Source: Podarcis melisellensis (taxonomy: Eukaryota). Taken from it: a DNA stretch of 64,000 nt. The notes under the pieces are model-generated. The model was not told where the DNA came from. It did not search any database and worked only from the letters and a program-made list of their open reading frames with translations. Location: the NCBI GenBank assembly GCA_964234715.1, contig OZ174276.1; one strand, given 5' to 3'. Shown here one piece after another: positions 1 through 11,766 of this stretch; positions within the stretch are counted from its first letter, which is position 1, and each line of letters begins with the position of its first letter. The position numbers and the translations under genes are program-made.

Positions 1-188
1 TTCTTAAAGGCCTTATTGATCTTAACCTTATCATACCACAGGTATGCATGCCAACCAAAAGCATTGTTATAACCTTCCAGGTCTAACACATCAGTGTCTT
101 CGAGAAGTAGCCAATCTTTTAGCCAGCAGAAAGCTGCGGCTTCATAGTACAACCTTAAGTCTGGCAGGGCAAAGCCCCCTCTTTCCTT

Positions 189-423
189 CGCTCATCTTGC
201 TTTAGAGGCCAAGGGAGCGCTCATCTTGCTTTAGAGGCCAAGGGAGCCGGTGTTTGTCCGCAGACAGTTTTTCCGGGTCATGTGGACAGAATGACTAAGC
301 TGCTTCTGGCACAATGGAACACCGAAACCAGAGCAGCGCACAGAAACGCCGTTTACCTTCCCGCCGGAGCAGTACCTATTTATCTACTTGTACTTTTAGT
401 GTGCTTTCGAACTGCTAGGTTGA
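189..423 (-). mobile_element. Sauria (Squam1) SINE, partial, with internal 29-bp tandem duplication
   Basis: Similar to copies at 31210, 42054 and 51369; cgctcatcttgctttagaggccaagggag occurs at 189-217 and 218-246. Confidence 0.85.
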
Positions 424-3400
424 CATAAGGCAGCATCAAAAGGATAGAACAGATTAAATAGAACTACTAATTATCCTAAGCCCTCTACATGTTCTTGCAT
501 TCTCCCAATCAACTCTTCCGCTGTCTTATACCAACTCTTACATCCCACAGCAGCAGGAAAAACATTTACATTCACACTAAGTCCCAAGGAACAATATTGG
601 GATTTTAATTATTTTATTTTATATTTACCAGGAAATGGGAAATAGCCAGCAAATTATTTGATCTAGCTTCCTCTCCAACAAGGAGATGTTTCCTAGGAAG
701 TAAACAATGCCACCCTCTTCTTGCTGCTCATCAGTTAACTAGGCACAAGATTACAGTAGCAGTGAGTTCTACAGAAAAAAAAAATATGTTTAAACCTGTC
801 ATGCACTACTCTACAGGAGCTTACACGCAAACTGACAAATCCAGCAAAGCCTGGATTGTGGGAAGCTGGGTGTACTGGGGTGGGGAGCATTTCCTATGAA
901 TAAAGCTTTGACCCAAGGAACAAAATGGGAAGTTGCTGTATCCTGTGGAAAAGAGCAAGAGGAAATCTGCAAGGGTGGAACAAACAAAGGGGAAGATGGC
1001 TCTAGATAGGATGGGAAGGGCAGCTCCTGCTCCCCCAACACACACAAGGTAGGCAAGTCAAGTTTGGGACACAGGCATCCTGTTTACAAGACAAAGCCAT
1101 CTCTAGGACTCAATCCTAGTATACAATTTAGAGTATACATTTTTTAAAATGAAGGTACTAATGATGCGCAAATGCCATAAATCACAGTTGGGATACTGTA
1201 ACTGAAGCAATCCAGAATTAACTACCTCAGAGTTGATTAACAACCATTATATTATATATAAACATGAGCCAACACTGTCTAATGTGCAGTGTTACCTCAG
1301 ACCTAGCATGCTCAGGCACAGATACCAAGAACAGACCATGTCCTGCGCTGGTAACTTCCAAATCAGATTCCTTCCATTTTGACTATTTGACACTTTAGTT
1401 AGTCTAAAATGCAGCTGCCAGACTACTAACTGGGACTGACTCAGAGGAACCCAGCTTGAAACAGCTACACTAAAGGCAGGTTCATTTCCAAGCACAATTC
1501 AAAATGCAAATTCTGCTTACTTTTAAAGCACTATGGTTTGTGACCTGTGGGACCTTAAGTTTCACTTTATATTAAAATGTGCCCATGCACTGAAGTCTTT
1601 GCCACAGGATATTATAAGGGAGATGATAACCAAAGAGAAGGTATTCTCAGCTATTGCACCATTGTCTTTGGAATGTTATCCCCAGAGAAGCTGTCCCACA
1701 CGACCTTGTGAGAATAAATTATGTAAGGATTATAAAATTTAAAAGCACCAAAGATATAATAGGATGATCCTATCACAAGGAAATTGGGCCCTTTGTACAG
1801 CCTAACTGCAATTGTATTTTCAAAAACATATGCTCTTGATGCAATAAGTCTCTCTGACAACCAAGTGGTGAGCAATGCTGAAATTAAAGTCATAATATAA
1901 AATTAATTTCAAGTCTGTAGCCATCAACAGTACTGGTGAGCCTACTGACAATGCAATTTTTTTATCCTAGAAGCCTCAGAAGTCAATTGTCTAGAATTTT
2001 TCTGGATCTAATTATTAACTTTTATGAATATAAGAGATATATAAGTATTGAGAATTCTCCTGCTGCACTCTACTTGGTATTATGACTCATTAGATAAGAT
2101 TTGCTACCACCTGCATACTTCCATTTAAGATTAGACCCTTTCCAAAACACATGATTTAGACAGACAGTCATGGACTTGATTGTGCCATATGTTAAAGCAG
2201 CTGAACAGCTTACTTTATGAAGAATGAAGAAAGGCAAGCTTTGCTATCATCATTATCAGTTCTGACCTCAGGAGTGCTCTCATATGAGTAAAGAGAAAAC
2301 CACAGCCTCAGAAGTCACTTAAAAGAACGTAAACCCCCAGCATGAGTGATGCAGGACTGCTAGGTTGTGCCATTCTTTGCTGAAACAGGGGGCACAGCAT
2401 GAAGACGAAATGCCCTGCAAAGACTGAACCCTCTGAGTCCCTACACACTAACACTAGAAACGTTAGCTCAGGATAGCTGCTGGATTCCAGCCCAATATGG
2501 ACTCTTAGCTGCACTGCTGTGGCCAGGGGTGTTTTGTTTTTGCTGTGCTTTTCTTAGAGCAGTTTTGTGGTATATGTGGCTTTTATGTAAAGAAAAACCA
2601 ACAGCGAAGATGGCCTGTACACTCAGTGACTCAGTCCACATGTGAACAGGAAAGGAAGGGAGCCAGAGAGAGGAAGAGACAAACCTCAAGTAAAAGAGAG
2701 GGGGGAAGGGGGGGGGACACTTGCATTGGTAAAGGGATTTAAGGTTTAGAACTAAAGGATGACTGCTATTCTCAACACTTCTCTAGTGTCCTCATGGTTC
2801 AACAGATTTCCATAAAAAGTGCCAGCAACATAAAACCCATGCCAATTCCAGGGTTCTGCCCCTGTTGATACCAGCAAAGAATCAAGGGCTTAATTCCTGC
2901 TGAAATAAGCAGCATAAGAAGATGCCTGTTGGGTCATACCAAATGTCTATTTAGAAGACTAGCATAAGCTACAGTCAACATGCCACTTTTTATCTGTCCA
3001 ACTCCCTGGTAGTCTCTCCTCCCTTCCCCGCATATATAAATGAACAAGGGCATTCCCTGGTGTCCCAGGAGAACATGAAGACAGGCACAGCATAAGCCAT
3101 CAGCAGACCAGTTGGGAACAAGAAAAAAAATCAGTTTACTCTTTCAGTGGATCGGGGGGGGGGCGGGGGGGCGGAGAGAGAGAGAAAATTGTTTACATAT
3201 TTGAGACCTTTAAAGTTATTGGATCTCAGCAAAAGTTAACTCTGTATTAGTCACAAACCTTGGCTAAAGAACATTTCCAGTTGTGCATTCATCCCGTCAA
3301 GCTGCACTTTTGGGGCTCACTGCAGGGTTTCTAAACTCATCTTGTCTATCCTGTGGAGGTCAGAAAGATACATATATTCCCCCTGGACCTGAGTTAGAAA

Positions 3401-5559
3401 CTCCCCGGTGGAACTTTACAATACTGTACCAAACCTCACACCAAGGCTTATGGAAGGGTAAAGGGCCTTCAGTCCCGGTTAGACCTTGCAAACCACATGA
3501 TGCTTAGCACATAAGATTAATGGGTTTGTAGTTGCTAATTTCACATCACAGGTCTGAGGGGTTTGTTAGATCAGTATCTTGGATCATCTGCCAACTCCCA
3601 CATGCCTTTCCATTCCTCCCTCCTACCATTCTCTTCTCATGATGCAGACTAACTGTATTTCAACCCTGCTTTATCATACTTAATCAGAGGTGACTAACAT
3701 TTCCTAATCAACAATGCACCCCAAGATGCCTACTGCTTCTACTTTGTCTTCATCATCTGTTGGTCATGCTCATGAAAACCTCAAGAAGAAGAAGAAGAGC
3801 TTATTTAACTGTTGATCTCACTGGCTCCTTTCTCACCATCCAAGTAAATTAAGAAAATTCCACTCAAACCTAAGACAGAATGAAAACAGCACCTCATCTA
3901 CAAAAGAACACTTTAAATTTGGGCTCTACAACCCCCTATGCAAGGCTCAGCAGTTGTCACCCTGCAGACAACTAGCCCAGACTCTTTGGATGCAACTAGC
4001 ACCTAGGTGTCCACCCCCACACTTGCTTTGAATCCTTAGGTAGGCTCAGCTGCTCCTGGTTACACAATAATAACTAGGCTGTCTTTTTTCCTGGCATACT
4101 GGCAACTGGGAAGGAGCATCTGGTAGCATGAAGGCAAGGTTTGAAAGACAAAATGCTTTGAAGGAACTGCTTTTTCTGCAACACCCCTCCTCCATACTAA
4201 TCAAAGAGAGCCACTCTTAATATGGTGCCAGTCTGCATCTTCATAGTGCTAATGTCTTTAAGGGAAATTTAACAAGAGCACTCACTTCTTTGTAAGGCCG
4301 TCATATGTATATACTTCATCCTATCAGAGACTTGTCTAAAGGCCAAGTGCATTTCAACATCACAAAATTGCTTGTATCTTTTTATAAAAAGCAAGATATC
4401 AGGCTACTAGAATTAGCTTTAAGGAATTAAGAACTGGTTTTTTATGGTTCTGGGATCTCTCTTATTTAGATCTCTGGACAATGCTCTTTGCCAGATGAAA
4501 CAAGCAGGTTCCCATTTCAGATGTTGTCCCAGACAACTTATTGGCATGGATTTGATAAATAAGCTACATTTCAGTTCCCCAGCATGCACTGACAGTACCA
4601 AGGTCAAGGTTTTTTTGAATGATTCCTTGCTTAAGCTGGGATGCGCAGTCTAAAATGTGTGAGACACCACATATTTTGATCCAAACACTCAAGAGAATAA
4701 GAAAGCAGCTCTAAAAGCAGTTCCCTGATAACTAGACCAAAGCTAGAGGAATCATTTTTGTTACTCTCATTTGGTGGCAGCACATAAAGGATATTGTCAT
4801 CACAAGCAAAACTCATCATACTTTAATCCACATGAGTGAAAAGTTTATAACCAATTGGCTATGTTGGTCTTTGCACTGATACATACACTAGGGCTTGGCC
4901 CATGTAAAATTAAAATGGATGACAGTTATTTCCGCTGTCTTGTCATCGCATTGTAGCACCATGTGGTAATCTCATCTTGTCCCCAAGTGACCATTCATGC
5001 ATTATTCTCAAACAAAGCTTGTTAAACTGCCATGATGCCGGATGTAGACCCCTTTTAAGACATAATCCCACACCTGTCATTACTATTAGTCCTCCTCCCA
5101 AAAGGACTCTTTTCCCATGATATCTGGAGCAACCACATGAAAGAGAAGAACAATTTTGCTAGCATGGAATGGCAAAAAAACCAAACTCACCCCTTTTCAA
5201 TTTATTGTCACACACATGCTAATATGGTGGAAAATACAAGTAGTCAGAAAAAGAGAGAAACAATACACTCTTCCAGGCAGGACAAACTGCATAGTACCAA
5301 AGGCAGTGCCAACCGACACCTCTGTGTATTCATGTTGCTCTCATCCCATACTGTACTTAAGAGAGCCAGTGTCCTCTCAGTGAAGCTCTGCCTACATCAA
5401 CACTTTCTCCTTTCCTTGCTCAAAAGTAAGTTTGTGCTCAGGTTTGGAGCCCCACCCTACAAATAACACAATTGTGCTCCCTGCTGTTCACTGCAATCCC
5501 TGGACCCATAAACCTACCCAAATGCTACTGCATGCAACCTAAATCGTCGCCCCCTCCCC

Positions 5560-6900
5560 CAACTGTCCTGTACTCTCGACTATGTCTTTGGCTCCTAAAC
5601 AGTGAACAGACGTAACTGGTTCCGTTTTCGAGCTAACTTCAGGGAGACAGGAAAATGAAGGGATTTCTCCTGCTCGGTTCCTCCCAACAGTCCAGCCTGC
5701 TCTCCAGGGAAGTTCCAAACAGAAATTCATTCTCACTGTTATTAACCGCAGCTGGTTTCGCGTTTGACCGAAGGTACCTTCCACCCGCTTTCGGTTTATG
5801 GAAAACCTAATGTGTGGGGTTTTTTTGGGGGGGGGGGTGCGAGACAGAGACAGAAGTGGCTGGTCGGAAATACTATGCCTTCCTTCCTTCCTCTCCCCGC
5901 GCCAACCCCTATGGATTTGGGACCTTGGGAAGGAGATTCTAACACCGCGTGGGATTCCATCCCATTCACACAGCGAGATGTAAGCACCGCGCATTTTGCA
6001 TTACAGCCGCCTGGAGACTGACGGGGGGGGGGGGCTTGCCTCACCTTCTTCTCCTTGTGGGGCTTTCGGATGAAGGAGGTTCGGGCTGTGAAGTACTGCT
6101 CTAGCTCGGAGTCCGAGTCCTCTTGGCTGCAGTAGCCGCTGCTGGTGGTGCTGCTCCAGGTCATCTCGAAGGACGGGGTGGTGGCCGCCGCGTCACCCTC
6201 GCCCATGCCCAGCTTAGGCTTCTCCTCCACTTCCTCTCGCTCCCTTTGCTTCTTCACGAGAAGACCCGAAGATCCCCGCCCCGCCACACACCAGCGGACC
6301 AAACAAACCCAAGCCGTCTGCGTGCCCAGAAACCCGGCAGAGCTGGGGAGGAGCTGCGCGGCTTCTCTCCGTACAAACTGCCTCCTGACGGGAGGAGGGA
6401 AAGATAATAAACACCTAAACAGCGTCTAGAAGGAGCAGCCCGCGTCCGTTGGTCGCCTGCGAACCCCTCTTTCAAGCACTGAAGCCACGCCGGCCGAGAG
6501 CCGCCTCATGGAAGTTCCCCGCCTTCTGCCGGGCGAGGGCTGCTCGAGTGGCAACAGACTCCCGAGCTCCCTTTGGAGGCGGAGACGCCTCCTCTCCCTC
6601 CCTCTCCTGGCAGCCGTTGGGATTGAAACGTATACAGCCCCCGCACGCGCGCGCCTCATTGGACGGAGGCAGGGGACGCTGACGTGGGAGAAGCCCCCCT
6701 TCCCGTCGCAGGCGAAAAGCTCGGCCCCGCCCTTTCCCTCTTCTGCGGGAGCGGCCCGCGCAGTGATTTCATCCCCAAGCCAGCCACGCGGGAAGTGGAG
6801 TCACGCTTACTGGCTTTCCTCTCCCCGCGCCTTTCAAGTCCTCCCGGAATAGCAACACCCTAGAGCCGCCCTCAGCTTAACCTTACGCAGCCGCCCTCCC
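5560..6900 (-). promoter_or_regulatory. CpG island and promoter of RASSF1C
   Basis: High GC and CpG density; CCAAT box (attgg 6658-6662), TGACGT half-CRE near 6680, GC box 6724-6732, all upstream of the RASSF1C ATG. Confidence 0.8.
6045..6206 (-). CDS. RASSF1: RASSF1 isoform C first coding exon (2gamma)
   Basis: Encodes MGEGDAAATTPSFEMTWSSTTSSGYCSQEDSDSELEQYFTARTSFIRKPHKEKK, matching the RASSF1C N-terminus; 162 nt, phase-0 GTGAGG donor; lies in a CpG island. Confidence 0.96.
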
Positions 6901-8129
6901 CCCCCCCAAAAAAAAAGCCAAAAAAAAGAAAAGTTTCAAGGGTTGCAGTATACATTCCCGGCAATTCCTTCCAAGTATACTGTATATATTGTTTAGGATA
7001 GGCAGGTTTGGTCGGCTGTATTTGTAAACCTACTCGGACGTAGGTCTCGCAGAAACGTTTTATGAATTGGGTTGTTCGTTTAAAAGGCAAAAACGCAGTT
7101 TCCCGTTTGGTAGGGTTGCTCCACTTTTGTGGGGGGGGGCGCAGGGACAGGGATGTGCAGCTGCCAGAAATTCTGCATGTAAGCCTCATACAAATCTCTA
7201 GACTTGGAAGAATAAAATTTATTGGATTTCTGCCTTGTGGGCAGCTATCAGGGCACAGAAATTTGCAACAGTAAGAGATGACTGTCACAAAGACTTTGGA
7301 GTGAAGTGTTCCTATTGGTTCTAGACGGGACTAGAACTAAAATGACAGTTACAAAGACTACAGTGACTATCTTCTTTCAAAGGCATGGGCACATAAAAAG
7401 GTTTTCAAATTCCACCAGAACATGGCCAGGGAAGAGGACTGTGATCTCCCCCAGCAGGGAGTCCCAGAGACAGGGTGCTTTACAGAGAAAGTCCTCTCTG
7501 ACATTGGACTTCCATGCTACCTTCATAGCATACGAGAATAACCTCTTCCTGATTGTAAACTGCACAATGGATTATCTAAAGAAAGGTATTCCTTCAAGGA
7601 TTTATGATGGGTACAACAATATCTGGAGGGCCACAGATTCTCCACCTCAAGACACAGAGAAAGGCAGAAATTCAATCACATGTTCCTTATACTAGCCAGA
7701 TTAGAAATATTCTAAATTTCCCAGAGCCACGTGTGCAAACATCACTACAGTCACATGTAGAGAACATATCTGTTATATATTGAGTTTAGCAGAATTCTAA
7801 AAAACAAAGTACAAGCCTATGGCCTCCACCTAGGAACTTTCTCAGATCATTTTCACTACGGAAGAGCTCTCAGGTTGATGGAGCACTGCCTCATAACATA
7901 ATTAGTACATGAGTTAATCTAGTCCTGTTTAACTTTATTTTTGATCCTTTAATCTTTGTTGCTTAAAGTATTTAGTTCTGTAAGTCTGGTAATCTCTCGC
8001 CACCCCTTTGCTGCTCTAGACCAAACAGATAGCATGAATAGCACACCTCCAGGCATTTCTGGCCGTAACAGATAAGTGAGGGAGGGAAATCTCTTAACAA
8101 TATATGTTAAGGCACCTTTGCCAAATTAC

Positions 8130-8352
8130 AAGAAAGAAGATTCTGACTAAACATCAGGGAGAACTTTCTGATGGTAAGAGCTGTTCAATAGTGGAACGGA
8201 CTCCTTTGGAAGATGGTGGATTCTTCTTCATTGGAGGTTATTAAGCAGAGGCTGGATTGCCATCTGTCATGGATGCTTTAGTTGAGATTCATACATTGCA
8301 AGGAGTTGGACTAGATGAATCTCAAGGTCCTTTCCAACTCTATGATTGTATT
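8130..8352 (+). mobile_element. CR1 LINE 3' end
   Basis: Typical CR1 3' sequence ending ggtcctttccaactctatgattgtatt. Confidence 0.8.
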
Positions 8353-9247
8353 AAGAGGTCAACGAGATGGAAGAACATTGAAGAGATGCCACTTTGAGCC
8401 AAAAATCAGGGATTCCTCCCCCACCCAATTCCCTTGTACGTGCATGTCTGTCTGTTTCTGTCTGTCCTGGGAATAGCTTGCAAAAGCTGTTGCTAAGCAA
8501 TGTAGTTCCATGGCAGAAGTGTTTAGTCCAGCACGTGGCAAAATGTTAATTGGCAACGAGCAATGCCAGCTGGGCTGATGGCCTTGCATCTCTAAGTACC
8601 TGCCCTTTCAGCCCTCCCTGCCCCTGGGACATGATAGCAGCATTTAGCCCCAGCTGCAGCAAGCAGCTCTGCCAATAACAGGATGGAATTGGATCTGTCA
8701 GAACCATGATGAAATCTGTGGACCCCTCCCTTCTTCTGCTAAATCTTGTCTTGTTTTGAAAATGCAAGCTGATGGCTGCATTTATCGAGAGATACCAGAG
8801 GCTTCCCACATATGGCAGCAGCAAAATTATCTTAAGCAGATAAGACAGCCAGGGATAAACCCTCCATAATTTATAATATACCTAGTGCTGTGCTAAATAT
8901 GAGTGAAGATAAGAGAAAACCTAGCCATGTGAAGGAACAGAAGTGATTAGTGTAGGGAGCTCCTGAACATCTTAGGATTTTCACACTTGTATACTGCATC
9001 AAAAATCCACTCTGTGTGTTTGTCTCTTCCTGCCTCATTACAGCCAGCTGCAATCTGAAGGGTAATCTGTAACATGTTTAGTTACCAGTTGAAAACCATC
9101 AAAAAGGACCCCTGATTTTAATAAGCTTGTCTGCAAACACTATCCCTTTCAGACATATTCCTATATACATTTTGGGGAGCACTAGACAGATATGGCACCA
9201 AGTCTGGCAAATCTATGAGTCCCAAGAACAAAAGGTATTAATAGAAC

Positions 9248-9610
9248 ACAGGTGGGGAACTTCAGGCCCAGGGGCCAAATACAGGACCCTTGGAAATCTC
9301 ACTTGGCTACATACTGGCCACAGGCCACGCCCTTCACTGGCACTGCTCTGCATCCTCCTTGAGTGCTTTTGCTAGGCTGGAATGTGTCCTTGCAGTGTGA
9401 TAATGCATCTTGCTTGTCTGGATGGAGAGGGGTGTGCCCATGCCTGAATTTTGCATGGCTGGAATGTAACCTACTGTACAATGGAGAAGTCCCATTTCTT
9501 ACCCCACCTACTTCTTGCTGCTAAGCCCTGTCCACCAGCGGTGCATAGCCCCTGGGAAGTTGCACAGGAAGGAATGTGGCCCTTGAGCCAAAAGAAGTTC
9601 CTCACCCACT
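9248..9610. mobile_element. Degraded hAT-like non-autonomous DNA transposon
   Basis: Inverted ends ggtggggaacttc...ggccc and ggccc...gaagttcctcacc. Confidence 0.55.
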
Positions 9611-9807
9611 ATAAAAAGAAAGGAAGTATAGTTTGTAGTTCTGGCTATTCCAGCCTCAAAATGACATCTAGCGTGTTAATTTGGTACAAAAGTTACAAAT
9701 GAACATAAAAATTGCCTTGCCAAGTCAGCAAATAGTGTCTCTCCTACCCCAAAGCCATGGTTCATAGTATGGTTCAAGTTATTCTTGAACTTCTCCATCT
9801 CTCCAAC

Positions 9808-9845
9808 ATACATATACATATACATACATACATACACACATACAT
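9808..9845. repeat. (CATA)n-like microsatellite
   Basis: Direct observation. Confidence 0.85.
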
Positions 9846-10030
9846 GTTTGCTGCTCTTTCATGACACCCCATATCAGCTGCCTATGACAGTCAGCTCATA
9901 ATGCCTAATGGATGGGCTGGCACAATTTGTGTGAGCATTCAAGTTCTTGTAAAGGAGTGTTTCCAGCTATTCCAGATGTATTTTCTTCAGTGCAAAGAAG
10001 CTCTTTGCATTTTTACTGCCCCATGTATGA

Positions 10031-10612
10031 TAGGGTTGCCATATTCCAAAGACCAAAAATTCAGATCCCCCCCGCATCTCCATCGCTCCCTCCCTCCCCG
10101 CCGCTGACCCCTTCTTTGTCCCCCTGCTCGCCCCCTCCTTCCAACCCCTCTTGTACCTTCGCTGTCTTCGTCCTCCTGCTCTCTTTTCACATGGGCACTC
10201 CTCCTGGAAAGCCAGGCCGGCCTTCCCCAGGCTGCGGTTGGCCTTTGCCACCTCTGGAAAAGCAGTACAGGCCGGCCTTCCCCAGGCTGTGGCTGGCCTC
10301 CACTGCCTCTGGAGAAGTGGTGTAGGCCAGGTGCATCAGTGGCTCTGTGGCCGTGGGGCCTGCAGGGGCTCCAGCCTGGAGGCCGCTGAGGGGAGGAGGA
10401 GAGACGTACACATGGCCGCCAGAAGTAACAGCGCCATGGCTGCCCCTTCCTTTTGTGACAGCACTGCTGCTCAGCCAGTGCCCTCAGCGTACCAAAAACA
10501 AAAAACACAACCCCAGACTTTTAAAAAAATAATTAAAAAAACCTCCTGGACAGTGCTCTCACCCTTGAAATCCCAGGCATGTCCTGGAAATTCCAGACGT
10601 ATGGCAACCCTA
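10031..10612. mobile_element. hAT-type non-autonomous DNA transposon
   Basis: Perfect TIR TAGGGTTGCCATA/TATGGCAACCCTA; degenerate 8-bp TSD atgtatga/gtatatga; internal direct repeat of about 45 bp. Confidence 0.85.
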
Positions 10613-10639
10613 GTATATGACTCAGAGCTATTTTCTTAC

Positions 10640-10764
10640 CACGTTGGTGTCTTTTTCTACTGTCTGCTCGTTGCCTTCATTCTGTTCACTGTCTTCATAT
10701 CTGGGGCCACTGCAGTCTAGCCGGATAAGGGTGCGGCATCGGTAATGACAGATGAACTTACAGT
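10640..10764 (-). CDS. RASSF1: RASSF1 isoform A exon 2alphabeta (second half of C1 domain)
   Basis: (H)CKFICHYRCRTLIRLDCSGPRYEDSEQNEGNEQTVEKDTNV; TAG acceptor, GTAAGA donor; phase 1 joins exon 1alpha. Confidence 0.95.
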
Positions 10765-11076
10765 CTAAGGAAAATAAAAAGAAGAGAGTCAATAAGGCAG
10801 GGGGGACAAAGCTCAGGAAGAAAAGGAACCCACAGGTTTAGTCTGCACAAGGAAACGCACCACATGTCAGATCTCTGGGGGAGAGCAAATAGGCTATTGC
10901 TGCACATCACACAACTTTGCAGGTATGATTAAGCAGGAAGGGGTGGGAGGAGATGGTACTCAAATCTCAGTAGCAATATGTCAATTAGGTTTCAAACTGC
11001 TCAGGACCTCCTTTTTCCTAATTCTCAAGAAAAGGCTTACTCTAAGCACTGAAATATATTGTGAGATAGGCTAGTA

Positions 11077-11316
11077 CAGTCATACCTCATGTTATGTTTG
11101 CTTCAGGTTGAGCGTTTTCAGGTTGCGTCTTGCAACGACCTGGAAGTACCAGAAAGGGTTACTTACTCGAGCATGCACAGATGCGCAAAATGATGTCACA
11201 CACATGCACAGAAGCAGTGAATCGCAACCTGCACACGTGTAGACACGGGTTGCGTTCTGCTCATGTTGCGAACAGGCCTCCGGAACGGATCCCATTCGCA
11301 ACCAGAGGTACCACTG
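11077..11316. mobile_element. Tc1/mariner (Tigger-like) MITE
   Basis: Ends cagtcatacctc and gaggtaccactg, flanked by TA. Confidence 0.8.
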
Positions 11317-11318
11317 TA

Positions 11319-11563
11319 CAGTGGTACCTCAGGTTACAGGCGCTTCAGGTTACAGACGTTTCAGGTTACAGACTCCGCTAACCCAGAAACAGTACCTCAG
11401 GTTAAGAACTTTGCTTCAGGATGAGAACAGAAATCGTGCAGTGGCAGCAGCGCAGCAGCAGTGGGAGGCCCCATTAGCTAAAGTGGTACCTCAGGTTAAG
11501 AATGGTTTCAGGTTAAGAATAGACCTCCAGAACGAATTAAGTTCTTAACCCGAGGTACCACTG
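11319..11563. mobile_element. Tc1/mariner (Tigger-like) MITE
   Basis: TIR CAGTGGTACCTC, TA flanks; related copy in opposite orientation at 33364-33589. Confidence 0.88.
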
Positions 11564-11565
11564 TA

Positions 11566-11766
11566 CTTCATATGCCAAAAGTAATCCATTCTGGAAGACC
11601 GTTCGATTTCCGAAACATTCAACAACCGAAGAGCAAAGAGTGGTCTGCAAAGTCAATGGAGAAAATTGGGGTAAAAAAACCTCAGCAGAAGCTGTTCGAC
11701 TTCTGAGGCGCGTTCAAAAACTGAAATGTTTGGCTTCCGAGACGCTCGAAAACCGAGGTACCACTG
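11566..11766. mobile_element. Tc1/mariner MITE with left end disrupted
   Basis: Right TIR gaggtaccactg followed by TA; left TIR not intact. Confidence 0.65.

Noticed and set aside
860-885. G-quadruplex-compatible tract, plus poly-G runs near 2700 and 3155
   Set aside because: Common in vertebrate introns; nothing here indicates function
1292-1495. Minus-strand ORF ending at a donor-like GAG|GTAAC, considered as another RASSF1 first exon
   Set aside because: Would end in phase 2, incompatible with the phase-0 shared exon; no RASSF-like sequence
1-6044. Searched for shared RASSF1 exons (DEPVEWETP..., RA and SARAH domains)
   Set aside because: Not found; presumably lie beyond the left edge of the window
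9901-10720. Several overlapping ORFs of 137-189 aa
   Set aside because: They arise from the GC-rich hAT element and the antisense strand of a RASSF1 exon; no recognisable protein
11330-11520. Recurring tcaggtta motifs resembling a spaced repeat array
   Set aside because: Subterminal repeats of a MITE in a eukaryotic genome; not a CRISPR array
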